From: Pelagomonas calceolata
Lineage: Eukaryota
NCBI GenBank assembly: GCA_918797485.1
Contig: CAKKNE010000001.1
Coordinates: 3,162,001-3,226,000 of the forward strand
Direction: 5' to 3'
DNA length: 64,000 nucleotides
Shown here: in pieces, positions 1-9,282 of the stretch
Layout of the letters: each line of letters opens with the position of its first letter
Numbering within the stretch: position 1 is the first letter of the stretch
Notes under the pieces: generated by a model
What the model was told of the DNA's origin: nothing
The model's database searches: none
The model's input: only the letters and a program-made list of their open reading frames with translations
Translations under genes and position numbers: made by a program

Positions 1-276
1 TGCAAGCCCGAGGCCGCGGCGTTTCGAACGGTGCTCGACGCCGTCGGCGCCGACGCCGCGTCGTCGATCATGTTCGAGGACTCGCTGAAGAATATAAGGG
101 CATGCCGCGCGCTGGGCATGCGCTGCGTCTTCGTCGAGGAGGAAGTGGGGGGCGAGGCGGCGCTGCTCGGGGACGCGGCGAAGGCCGGCGACGCGGATCT
201 CTACGAGGCGAAGGTCCGGCGCATCGCGGACCTCAAGGGCGCCGCGCCGTGGCTCTGGGAGAAAGTTAAAGTCTAG
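1..276 (+). CDS. HAD-superfamily hydrolase (pyrimidine 5'-nucleotidase/SDT1-like), 3' part only
   Basis: Frame open from base 1: CKPEAAAF...SIMFEDSLKNIRACRALGMRCVFV, which gives HAD motifs III (KP) and IV (FEDS..N). Confidence 0.8.
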   Translation, partial: CKPEAAAFRTVLDAVGADAASSIMFEDSLKNIRACRALGMRCVFVEEEVGGEAALLGDAAKAGDADLYEAKVRRIADLKGAAPWLWEKVKV

Positions 277-285
277 GTTAGTGTT

Positions 286-1062
286 CTAGAGCACCATCAG
301 CTCGTCCGCCCGGAAATTATCGACGCCTCCGAACTCGAACTTGACCGTGTACCACCCGGACCCCGTCTTCGTCACGACGCCCTCGAGCGGGTCGAGCGTC
401 AGGTTGACGCGGTCGCCGACCCTCGGGGCGGCAATTTTCTGGCGCTTGGGCAACGGCGCCACATCAGCATCGTCGGCATCTTGGTAGCTTCCGGCGAAGG
501 TCGCGGCGCGGAGGTCGACCTCCCGCATCGGAACTGGCGTGGGCGGTGCCCAGGTGCGGTCCTCCTCGTCGTCGTCGTCGTCCTCCTCCGAGTCGTCGCT
601 GTCCTCGCTATCGACAATTGGTAGCATGACCCGCGGCGGCGAACGCGGTGCCACGTAATGGGGCGGCGTCACGGCCTTCGCGTCGAGGCCTAGGTCCTCG
701 ACGTCGCCGCGAACGGTGCCGTCCAGGTAGCAGATGCGGTACAGCGCCGCCGGCCGGCCCGCGCCGTCGACGTAGTCGGAGACCGACGCCGGTAGCCAGC
801 CGATCACCTTGGCCTTGACTTGGGCGGTCGGCGCGCCGGTCGCGTCGAAGACGCTCCGCACGAGGTCGAGGCCGAGCAGGACGCTCCCCTCGCTGCGCCA
901 CTCGGTCGCCGGCGCCGGCGCCGCGGCGGCCGGCGCCGGCGCCGCGGCGGCCGGCGTCGGCGCCGTGGTTGCCGGCGCCGGCGGCGCCGGGTGACCCGGG
1001 TCGCCCGGCGTCGCCGCGGGCGCGCTCGGCGTCCACCCTGCCGGCGGACCCAGAGAGACCAT
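286..1062 (-). CDS. Hypothetical protein: Pro/Ala-rich N-terminus, Tudor-like segment, acidic tract, C-terminal SH3/Tudor-like barrel
   Basis: 258-aa ORF containing VKAKVIGWLP...LYRICYLDG...GDVEDL, a DSEDSDDSEEDDDD tract, PKRQK (NLS-like) and RVGDRV...GVVTKTGSGWYTVKF. Confidence 0.55.
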   Translation of the reverse strand: MVSLGPPAGWTPSAPAATPGDPGHPAPPAPATTAPTPAAAAPAPAAAAPAPATEWRSEGSVLLGLDLVRSVFDATGAPTAQVKAKVIGWLPASVSDYVDGAGRPAALYRICYLDGTVRGDVEDLGLDAKAVTPPHYVAPRSPPRVMLPIVDSEDSDDSEEDDDDDEEDRTWAPPTPVPMREVDLRAATFAGSYQDADDADVAPLPKRQKIAAPRVGDRVNLTLDPLEGVVTKTGSGWYTVKFEFGGVDNFRADELMVL

Positions 1063-1563
1063 TATGCTTTTGACGATGTCGAGGAGGAGTAGCGGTCGCG
1101 CGAGAGAGACCCCGCCGCGCGCCGCGTAAACCTGTTTTGCTGTTTCAGGTCAATTTACCTGAACAACTCGCACGCGCGTGTCCGCTCGCCGCAGAATTTT
1201 GCGCGACGTTTTACTCTGGTCTGAGTCGTACGCGCGGTGCGGTCTCGCCTCCGGATGGCCGCGATAGCAAGAGGATAGCTCGCTTTGACTGCTTGACTCG
1301 GCTCGTAAAACCTGTTTTGTTCGACTCCACGTCTCGCCCCACACAGATATAAAGTAGGAGCCCTCAATATGGACTCCAAACCACGGGCAGGCATATGGTG
1401 CGGGGTACCATCCCGTGGCAGGGCTCAAAAGTGGAAGACAGCCCAGGAGCGCCCGCAAAAGCTAAGGGCTGCCCGCGACGTTGCGCCGCCGTCGGAGCGA
1501 CTCATGCCTTGAATTCTGCGCCCCGAAACCGGCTGCCGAACGCCGGCGCTGACAGCACCAGTC

Positions 1564-2805
1564 ATGGCAGCCCCGCCGCCCGCGCCCGCGCCCGGAGCGC
1601 GCGCCGAAGATGGCGAGGAAGAGCGACGCTACGTCATCAGCGACACGCCGGGCGGCCGGCCTCGGACGCGACGCGAGAGCTCGGTTTTGAGTTCGAAGCC
1701 GTTCCGCGATAGAGTATTGGACTCCATGTTCTTGCTAGGGAAGGGCGACCGGGAGACCGTACGACTCTTGATGCGGGGCATGCCCGTGCCCGTGACCTAC
1801 GGGTTTCCGAACACGAGTGGAGGGTGGTGCGGGAATTTCTCAGGGTTCGTGCGGAATTTCCACCCTCTGCTGAGCGTCTGGATGGTGCACCCCCTCTGCC
1901 CCTTTTCTGGACGGGAGAGATTTGTGGTCTTCATCTGCTCGGTAGCGTTCAACTTCCTCTGGACGGCTTGTACCACATACAATGCAAGACGAGTAGAGAG
2001 AAACGTCTCGGACGTCCTCAAGTGCAAGGGCGTGTGCTTCTGGTGGTTCTATTTTATTTCCAAACATACGGTGACCGTGATTTATGCTGTCTTAATCAGG
2101 CAGTTGGTGATCTGCCCGTGCCTGTACGAACCAGTGATAAGAATGGCGTGCGGCGACCATACGCATGGCTGGCGCCAGGAGTCGACGAAGGATTTGTTGT
2201 CGAGGGCTCGGAAGTTGCGACGGTGGAAGGTCCGGGGCGACCGCGTCATTTTAGCTTTATTGGTCACTCATCTGGTCGTCATCGTGCTCATGATCATAAT
2301 CATAACCACAGAAAACTGGCGGCACCTCGACGAGTATTCTTCATTAGATGAGATTTTTCTGAATCGCATTTTTGGGAGTGAAGTGGTCAATTTCTTCATC
2401 TGGTTCCCGAAGTTCCTGCCGCTGTTTTTATTTTTGTTCCCGATCCATCGGGCGATGTGGTTCCAGGGCGGGAAGGAATGTGATTATCTCAAATGTAAAA
2501 AATCAATCTTCTCCTACACGCGGTCCTATAATTATCTAGATGCGGACTTCCCGCGCTGCGTCCGGCCGGAGACGTCCGCGCTGCCGCGGAACCTGCCCTA
2601 CCTGTCGCCGACGACGGGTTTATCGAATTTTCGGCGGGGCGCGACCTTCGTCCTGGACATGACGTCGTCCGTGCGCGACAGGACGCGGCGCGTGTTCTCG
2701 CCGCGGTCGGCTCCAGCACCGGCGCCGGCGACGGATAATTCGCGCCATAGCGAGGATGCCGACGGCCAGCTGCCCACCGTTCCGGAAAACACGGCGACTC
2801 CTTAG
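1564..2805 (+). CDS. Multi-pass membrane protein of unknown function; probable paralogue of 43586-44698
   Basis: 413-aa ATG ORF with about 4 hydrophobic helices and the motif NFHPLLSVW..HP..PFS.RER. Confidence 0.7.
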   Translation: MAAPPPAPAPGARAEDGEEERRYVISDTPGGRPRTRRESSVLSSKPFRDRVLDSMFLLGKGDRETVRLLMRGMPVPVTYGFPNTSGGWCGNFSGFVRNFHPLLSVWMVHPLCPFSGRERFVVFICSVAFNFLWTACTTYNARRVERNVSDVLKCKGVCFWWFYFISKHTVTVIYAVLIRQLVICPCLYEPVIRMACGDHTHGWRQESTKDLLSRARKLRRWKVRGDRVILALLVTHLVVIVLMIIIITTENWRHLDEYSSLDEIFLNRIFGSEVVNFFIWFPKFLPLFLFLFPIHRAMWFQGGKECDYLKCKKSIFSYTRSYNYLDADFPRCVRPETSALPRNLPYLSPTTGLSNFRRGATFVLDMTSSVRDRTRRVFSPRSAPAPAPATDNSRHSEDADGQLPTVPENTATP

Positions 2806-2829
2806 CCTTAATTAGTAAGTTCACATAAA

Positions 2830-5382
2830 TTAAAATTCCTCGCCCTGGCTCGCCAGTCTCACGGTCTCCCGTGCGCGCTTGCGGAGCTCCTCGAGGCGCG
2901 TTTCTTTGTCTTGAGGGACGCCTGCATCAATGGCCGCGGCGACGACGGGCGCGCCGGCCGCCTTGGCCTTCTCGCGAGCCTCGGCGGCTTCCGCGCGCGC
3001 GAACGCCGCCTCCCACGCGCGCTCGCGCTCCTGCGCGGTCCGACCATCCTGTTCGGTCGTCGCATCGTCTGCCTTAGACGCCTTGTCCGTCGTCTCGGCG
3101 GCAGTAGGGAACGCATCGGCAGCGCGGAACTGGTGCGACTCCGGCAGCGCGTCGGCGTGCCAGTCCTCCGGAGCCTCACGATGTTCCGACGACGCGGCGC
3201 GCCTCGCGGAGTCCTCCGCCGGAGCCTCGCCTCGCACATCGCGAGACGACGACGACGCGCGCCCCCCGGAGTACCGATCCCGCATGGAGGTAGCTCTAGC
3301 TCGCGCCGCCGCGACGCCCGCATCGATCTCCGCCCGCCGATCGGCGAACTGCTGCGAGCGTCTCACACCATCATCGTAGGAGTTCAGGCGTTCCGCCTCG
3401 GACGGCGTATTATCATGACGGTCCATGAGCTCCTTTACCCTATCCACGCCCTTCCGCACTTCGGCCATGCGCGCCTCGGCGTCGTCGCTCCGCGCGTCGA
3501 TCCTTCGACGTCGCTCGCCCGACGCCTTCAGTCTTACAGCGGCATCCCGCGTGTCCTCGGCCTTGCGTCTTTCTTTCTCAGTGGTAGCATCCCGTACTTT
3601 CGACGCCTTCTCCTCGGCGAGTTCCGCATCCCTCAGAGCCTTCGCGGCGTCGTCGGCGTCGCGCTTCGCCTTCTGTTCAGCCTCTTTAGCTGCTTTTTTG
3701 GCAGCTTCCGCTGCATCCAACTCGGCCTTCTCGGCAGCATCAACTGACTCAACAAAGTCGGCGACCTGCTGCGTCCAGTGCGACCGCCGAGTAGCGTACA
3801 TCGCCTCGACCACATTTTTCTGGCTCTTCTTCTTAGGGTCATCGATCTTCTTCCGGAAGTCCTTGAGCCTGTGTGGAAATCAAAATTTTACGGCGCGTTC
3901 GTGCTGAATCATCGCGTCGTCCTCCACGCCATCTTCATGATATCTGCTCGATGGCGTGGCGATGCCGGTTCCTCACCGCTGTGCACCCGACGCACTGGTT
4001 GATTTCCACACAGCCTTCAACTTCTTGCCGCCCCCACTTCGAGCCAGCTTCCGCTCATTCCGATCCCGCTCCCTCCGCATCTCCTTGAGCATATCGCTCC
4101 CGATGTCGTCGTCCTTCTTCCTTGAACGAACCGGCCCGCCCTTGCGCTCGTCGTCCTGCAGGAGCTTCTGCCAGGGCCGCACGTCGCCGCCGAGCCACAG
4201 TGTCGCGTCGTCCAGCGCACGAGATAGAGCCAAGTTCGCCGCAGACGCGCCGCCGCACGTCGGCTCGAGGTCGCATTCCTCCGTGGTTGTTCTTCCCTCC
4301 ATTTCAGACCACAGTTGCATCGAAGCGACATCTCTCAAATTTGCTGGTTTCGGTAACGAGCCTTCCAACGCATTGCCGCCCAATCTCAAATTCTCGAGAT
4401 TTCGACGCGGCATGTCTCGTAAATCGCCTCTCAATTTGTTGGAAGTGGCGTCGAAGGTTCTTAGGGTGGAGGACGCCTTGTCCAGGAAGAGAGACGCGTC
4501 TCCCTCAAAAGCGTTGCCCCAGACCGAGACGTTCGTTAGGTTTGATAGTTTGGCGAGTGATGACGCGGGAAAGGGCCCATCCAGTCGATTGCCGCCTATT
4601 CTAAATGCTTCCAGGGATTTCAGCTTCTCCAGTGAACCGCCGGGCAGGTGGCCCGTCAACATATTTCGCGACAAGCCCAGGCGTCTCAGATTACTCGTCG
4701 CGAGGCTCCTCAACAAGCCACCGAGCGTGCCCGAGAAGCCGTTCCCATCTAAGTGTAAAGCTCGTAACTGCGTCAGGTCGTCGAGCTCGGGCAACGAACC
4801 ACTTAAAGAATTCTCAGCGAGGTGGAGCTCTCTCAATGAAGACAGCGCGTTCAATGATTGCGGGACGGTTCCCGTCATGTTCAGACCTATGAGAGACAGC
4901 ACCTCGAGCCTTTCGAGTTTCGCGAGAGCTCTATGCGGAAAGACCGGCCGTTTCCTACATTGCCTCAGGGAGGGCTCGACGAAGGGCTCGGGCTCTTTCT
5001 CTTCCACCTCATCCCGCTTGATAAGCTGCCGCGGCACCTCCTTCCTTAACCTTTTGCCGCGTTGCATGTGACTGTCGCTCTTGCCTTTTGAAGGCTCGCG
5101 CTGCTTCTCCTTGGCGTTGGACTTGAGGTCCATGTCTCTCAGACTGAGCGCTATTACCCTTCCGTCGTCGCCGCAGAGGACCCCCGGCCACCCACAAAAG
5201 GACTCGCCCGTCGCCCAGCCCGCGACGCCGATATTGTCGTTGAGGGCGACGAGCGCCTCGCAATCAATCGACGGGTCGCGGGGGCCGCAGGAGAGCTCCA
5301 CAAACAAGTGGGTGTGGGGCCTGCTCCTTTCTGGTGGCGCGGCGGCGGCGAGCGTGAGCGCCGCGGCGACGAGGCGAAGCAT
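2830..5382 (-). CDS. Secreted/ER leucine-rich-repeat protein with charged coiled-coil C-terminus; exons 5382-4022 and 3868-2830
   Basis: Signal peptide MLRLVAAALTLAAAA, LRR N-cap (DCEALVAL...FCGWPGVLC) and plant-type LRRs (LxxNxLSGSLP). Removing the 153-nt GT-AG introner intron 4021-3869 joins ORFs 3973-5448 and 2830-3813 in frame (GGKK|LKDFRKK). Confidence 0.85.
3869..4013 (-). mobile_element. Introner element (non-autonomous TIR transposon forming an intron), copy 1
   Basis: Terminal inverted repeats CTGTGTGGAAATCAA...TTGATTTCCACACAG; degenerate 8-bp TSD CCTTGAGC (3861-3868) / CCTTCAAC (4014-4021); internal similarity to 49947-50130. Confidence 0.9.
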
Positions 5383-5660
5383 TTTATGTGTTACGGCATC
5401 TGTGGCTGCCCCCAACGATTGCGGGACGGCGCTTGGGAGGCTGCCCAAGTCCGCTGCTTTTGCTAGTGTCTTATTCGCACGCTAGCTCGAGCAGATTCTC
5501 GAGATCGAGTCCTTCCGCGGCGCGGGGCGGTCTACGGGCGAGCCTCAGAGGACCACTGGTAGCCCCGCGGACGACGGAAGCCCATTAATTGATTTATAGG
5601 GGTCGTTAGGCTACGTGCGACGGCTGCCACCGCGTCGCTTCCAACGCTGCCATCGCAGCC

Positions 5661-7496
5661 ATGCCGGCCGCACAGTATCCGATGCATGTGCTGCCCGTCG
5701 CGCGTCTGCTACAACTCCAACGCTTGCCGACGCACGAGGAGATCAAGGACGAGCTGGTTCTGCAGCGCGACGGCATGGCGACGGTGTTTGTGTCGCAGAC
5801 CTGGCTCAGTCGTTCGCACCCTGACACGGCAGACAATGTAAAACTAACGCTACTCCAAAGCTTTCTGCGGGACGCGAGTGCAGGCAAAAAGGACGTCCGT
5901 CCGTCGCTCCTCTGCGAGATATTCTGGGGCGGACGCCTGAAAATCAAGGCCCGAGCACTCCGCAAGATACAATACGTATGGCTCGACGTGTTTTCCATAC
6001 CACAGGCGGACCGCGAACAACAGGGCGCGGCAATCGCCTCGATCCCAAATTACGTCTCGAGCGCCGCGTTTTTTGTCTGCGTCGCCGGCGCGTGGCGTCA
6101 CGAGAGCGGCGCACTCCGCGACGTGCGTGCCTGGTGCGCGCGAGGGTGGTGTCGGATGGAGCTGTTGTGCAACCTGCTCTCGCCCGAGGCCAAGCCGCTT
6201 ATCGTGCTCCAGAGTCCGACGGACGTACGCAGTCATGGGCCGGCCGGCCTCTTCGGCCGCAACTGGATCATAAGCCCCGTGGGCCGCGGCGAATTTACAG
6301 TGGAGGCGGATCGTGTTGCCCTCGGCCCCGTCATTGAGCGATTGATCGACGAGCGGATGGCGGCGAAGCGGGCGGAGGGCACCGAGGCCGCGCTGCGATG
6401 GTATCGCTTCCTCCACGCGCACAAGGCCTCGTTACTTCTCGGTACCGGTATCAAGGTAACACCGTACGATACACTTGAGGCCTGGATGCGGCGGCTGGCC
6501 TTCGCCTCGGCCACGCAGCGCGACGGCCAGGGCTGGAGCCCGCTGTCATATGCCATCCTCGAGGGGCGAGTTGATCTGGTCACGGCGTTGCTCGACGCTG
6601 GGGCGAACGCGACGGGCGTGCTCAGGCGTGACGAGCCCGCATTCCTCGTGACCAAGGGTATGTCTGATTTGCACCTCGCAGCGATGCGGTGCGACGAAGA
6701 TGAGAGCGAGACGACACGCGTCGAGTCAATAATACAGGTACTCCTCGCGCGCGGCGCCGACGCCGGCCAGAGGGACACGAGTGGCAACTCGTGCCTCCAC
6801 TTCGCTTGCACATTGGGTCATATTTCGTGCATCGAGGCAATTCTCAAGCATCTCCCTGCCCTCAAGGACGAGCCGATGAGTTTCGGAGTGGCACCGTTCG
6901 GCTACCTCGCGCTGAACGGCCATACAGCGGCGCTCGAGCGCTACATGGACCGGTTCCCCGACGACTTCCGGGACGACAACACTGGTGCCCCCGCCGGCTG
7001 GGTCAACTACGCATGCGAGCTGGTCGGTGATTTGGACCTCATTTCCATGTTAATCGCGCGTGGCCACGCCGTCGACTACTTTGACGTGTCCAGAGCCGTC
7101 CCGAAACTAAAAAAGATCCTCTGGGTCAGCAAGCTCGTGAATCGGCTCATGAACCGGCCGCCCACGATTCTGGACCACTACGCCGTGGGCTATGCGACGC
7201 CGCTCCATTTGGCGGCGTATAACGGAAACATCGGTGCGGTTGACCTGTTGCTGGGCGCGGGGGCAGACGTCGCCTCGACGCGGCATCCGCTCAGGATGAC
7301 GCCGTTGGCCGCCGCGGCGGCAGCGGGGCACCGCGAGGTCTGCGCGCGCCTGTTGGCGGCCGGCGCGCCCGTCGACGCACGCGATGGTCGCGGGCGCACG
7401 GCATCCGCGTGGGCAGCGCGTCGCGGTCACACGGAACTCGCTCGAGAGGTATCCCGCGCGCCCGAGTCGGGCCAGCGGGTGTATTGTGAAGAATAA
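5661..7496 (+). CDS. HET-like domain + ankyrin repeat protein
   Basis: N-terminal FVSQTWL..HPD, YVWLDVFSIPQ, AIASIPNYV, RGWCRME; ankyrin repeats GWSPLSYA, TPLHLAAYNG, TPLAAAAAAGH. Confidence 0.85.
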   Translation: MPAAQYPMHVLPVARLLQLQRLPTHEEIKDELVLQRDGMATVFVSQTWLSRSHPDTADNVKLTLLQSFLRDASAGKKDVRPSLLCEIFWGGRLKIKARALRKIQYVWLDVFSIPQADREQQGAAIASIPNYVSSAAFFVCVAGAWRHESGALRDVRAWCARGWCRMELLCNLLSPEAKPLIVLQSPTDVRSHGPAGLFGRNWIISPVGRGEFTVEADRVALGPVIERLIDERMAAKRAEGTEAALRWYRFLHAHKASLLLGTGIKVTPYDTLEAWMRRLAFASATQRDGQGWSPLSYAILEGRVDLVTALLDAGANATGVLRRDEPAFLVTKGMSDLHLAAMRCDEDESETTRVESIIQVLLARGADAGQRDTSGNSCLHFACTLGHISCIEAILKHLPALKDEPMSFGVAPFGYLALNGHTAALERYMDRFPDDFRDDNTGAPAGWVNYACELVGDLDLISMLIARGHAVDYFDVSRAVPKLKKILWVSKLVNRLMNRPPTILDHYAVGYATPLHLAAYNGNIGAVDLLLGAGADVASTRHPLRMTPLAAAAAAGHREVCARLLAAGAPVDARDGRGRTASAWAARRGHTELAREVSRAPESGQRVYCEE

Positions 7497-7580
7497 GCTA
7501 TCTAAATTAGGACTAAGTGTCGGACACTTAGCAGGAGCCAACTAGCTAGAGAAAGTAATTAGGCCTCACCGCGAAGAAAG

Positions 7581-8852
7581 CTACGCGCCGGCCTCGCCGC
7601 CGCCGCCGCCCCCGGCCCGCCGCCCGCGCCGCCCGCGTCTTTTGGAACTGCCCTCGCCCTCCTTCTTCTCCTTCTCTCCACCTGAAGGAGCCTTGTCCTT
7701 GTCCTTGCGGTGCGCCTTGCCGCCCCGCCGGTTGCGCGAGCGCCGCCCGGTCCCCGGCGGGTTCTCCTTACCTCCTCTGCCGCCCCGCCGAGACGCCGCG
7801 GTGGGGAACTCGAGCTTGAGCTGGGCCACCACGTCCTTCACGCTGCTCCCTTCGACGATCTGCACCAATGCAGCACAAGCGGCGTCGACGTTCTTCTCCC
7901 CTCCCCTCACCATGAACCCAATGCGATCCTTCGACGGTTCTGTCGGAACCTCCTCGATCTCCTCGTCGTCGTCCTCATCAGTCTCGCTCTCGGAGGAGGA
8001 CTCGTCCTCGCTACACCCAGGATCCTCGAAATCATCGTTGTCGATATTTTCATCAGGTAACACATGTGAGATAACAGATGAAGTGATCTTCGTCGGCTCC
8101 TCCGTGCAGGCCTCTACTACGCTTTCTACCGTTAAAGCGGCTTGCGAGAGGGCATCTTCCGGCTCCCTCGCGATGATGGCGTCCTCCGGGATAGGTTGAT
8201 CTCTAGGTCGCTTGGCCACCTGTGTCCCGGAGTACCTCGCTACTACTCGATAGACCGGTTGCTGCTGGCCCCGTCTGGCGACCGTTCGTAATCTAGTAGC
8301 CGGCACGGAGACGCATTTCTCGACTTGCGGCACTTGCGGCTCTTGCGGCCTTTTCTCGACTTTCCGGGACGCGATCTCGACCAAAGCTTTCAGTGCTTTT
8401 TTCACACCATCTAGAGGACCCTCAAGGGAACAAGGTGCGGCGTCGTCTTTCGACGGTTTGTTGTCGGACTTCGCGTTCCCAGTGGCTTGCGGGATCAAGA
8501 TCCGAACTTTGTGGTCCGCGGAAACTTTTTTCGTCTCCAGCGTGAGGTTACTCGGACCGGAGTTCTCGTCCCGCAGCAACGTCCGCCCCCGCCCGCCGAG
8601 GTGGAACTCGGCGACGCAGTCGTCGACCTCGTCCACGAGCTCCACCACTTGTTGCGCCGCCGCAAACACCCCATCCGGGGCGCCCCGGATATACACGGGC
8701 GCCCACGCACTTGCATCCTGGTCCGGCACGACGTTCAATCTCGACGACGTCCCGCCCTGGATCTTGTTGATCGTCTGGCCGGACCGGCCAATCACGATGC
8801 CGACCTGCTCGACCGGGATCCACAAGGTCAGCTTGAAGCCGGCGACGGACAT
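7581..8852 (-). CDS. KH-domain RNA-binding protein
   Basis: KH motif VGIVIGRSGQTINKIQ (GxxG), further degenerate KH-like units, acidic insert, and basic RGG-rich tail. Confidence 0.85.
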   Translation of the reverse strand: MSVAGFKLTLWIPVEQVGIVIGRSGQTINKIQGGTSSRLNVVPDQDASAWAPVYIRGAPDGVFAAAQQVVELVDEVDDCVAEFHLGGRGRTLLRDENSGPSNLTLETKKVSADHKVRILIPQATGNAKSDNKPSKDDAAPCSLEGPLDGVKKALKALVEIASRKVEKRPQEPQVPQVEKCVSVPATRLRTVARRGQQQPVYRVVARYSGTQVAKRPRDQPIPEDAIIAREPEDALSQAALTVESVVEACTEEPTKITSSVISHVLPDENIDNDDFEDPGCSEDESSSESETDEDDDEEIEEVPTEPSKDRIGFMVRGGEKNVDAACAALVQIVEGSSVKDVVAQLKLEFPTAASRRGGRGGKENPPGTGRRSRNRRGGKAHRKDKDKAPSGGEKEKKEGEGSSKRRGRRGRRAGGGGGGEAGA

Positions 8853-9282
8853 CGCTGGCGACGCGCCGCCGCGCCGGCGGCGTGTCGAGCTGCGGTCGGC
8901 TGCGCGGCGCCGCGCTGCTGTCCGCTTGACCTCTTGCTGCAGGCCTTGGAGCTATCGCTGGGGCACGCTGTTGCTCGCAGATGTGGCGCGCACGTGTGGG
9001 AGTGTTTTAAGCAGCGATAATACGGCCGCCCAAGGGCGCTGCGGCAATCGCGCGGTCGCTTCGCCGAGGTCCGCGACGCCTCAATTATTTTGGTCCGCAA
9101 AACGGGTTTTACGAGCCGCGAAACGACTCCTTCCCCGCCAGCACGCCACCGCCGCGCCCCAGAAAAAGATAGTGTCGGACTGTTAGTAGAGTCCAGACGG
9201 GGTGGACGGCCGGTAGGAGCTCCTACGCGCATGAAGCGTGCAGAGGCCGGCGGTCGGGGCGCAAGGCCCAATCATCAAATAG

